Below, in pieces: positions 63,945 to 64,000 of a DNA stretch of 64,000 nt. A program made the translations under genes and the position numbers. Location of the stretch: positions 1-64,000 of IMG/VR virus record IMGVR_UViG_3300047160_001275; one strand, 5' to 3'. Origin of the DNA: a virus. Its lineage: Duplodnaviria > Caudoviricetes. Each line of letters starts with the position of its first letter. Position 1 is the first letter of the stretch. The notes under the pieces were generated by a model, which made no database searches, was not told the origin of the DNA, and was given only the letters and a program-made list of their open reading frames with translations.

Positions 63945-64000
63945 GCTTTTAGGCGGGACGGCGCGGGGGCTTGGGGGGCTTGGAGTGCCGCGCCGTCCCT

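Noticed and set aside
63949-63999. 12-bp hairpin at window end sharing TTAGGCGGGACG with the 55836-55896 stem
   Set aside because: Only a 12-nt match, truncated context, and it may be coding sequence of an upstream gene outside the window
1-64000. Window as a complete circular genome
   Set aside because: The ParB-MTase frame leaving position 1 does not continue at 64000, and terminase, portal and endolysin are not seen, so the window is partial
1-64000. CRISPR array, tRNA/rRNA genes, diversity-generating retroelement
   Set aside because: No regularly spaced repeats with unique spacers, no cloverleaf, and no reverse transcriptase or adenine-specific TR/VR pair seen

Overview
The window is a 64-kb part of a high-GC tailed dsDNA phage or prophage. 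The tail tube, tail chaperones and tape measure indicate a siphovirus. The host is probably an alphaproteobacterium (Hyphomicrobiales-like), judged from GcrA-, GapR- and NusG-like genes and PEPxxWA-CTERM proteins. No terminase large subunit, portal, endolysin or integrase is recognisable, and the ParB-methyltransferase at position 1 is cut off, so the genome continues beyond the window. Layout: 1-3.8 kb (-) ParB/MTase, two PEP-CTERM proteins and a NusG paralog. 4.0-11.9 kb (+) early genes, including an AAA ATPase triad, behind three promoters that share a dyad operator. 11.9-19.5 kb (-) primase, SF2 helicase, GcrA-like, MT-A70, RuvC-like, two GapR-like genes and a Cro-like HTH. 19.6-23.7 kb (+) RecE/RecT-like, YkgJ, HNH. 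23.7-64 kb mostly (-): late/morphogenesis region with DUF2213 head maturation protein, DUF2184 capsid, an 8-kb fibre-like cluster between capsid and neck genes, an IS607-type tnpB relic, tail genes, and a glycan cassette. The strongest candidate for an undescribed system is that cassette (24.5-30.8 kb). It encodes ADP-heptose synthesis (HldA kinase, HldC adenylyltransferase, HldD epimerase), a methyltransferase, and a ~1035-aa polyprotein with a GT9 heptosyltransferase domain. The polyprotein's first ~45 aa resemble the small protein encoded right after the major capsid gene, which suggests a capsid-docked virion heptosylation system. All family assignments are motif recognition by eye, not database searches.
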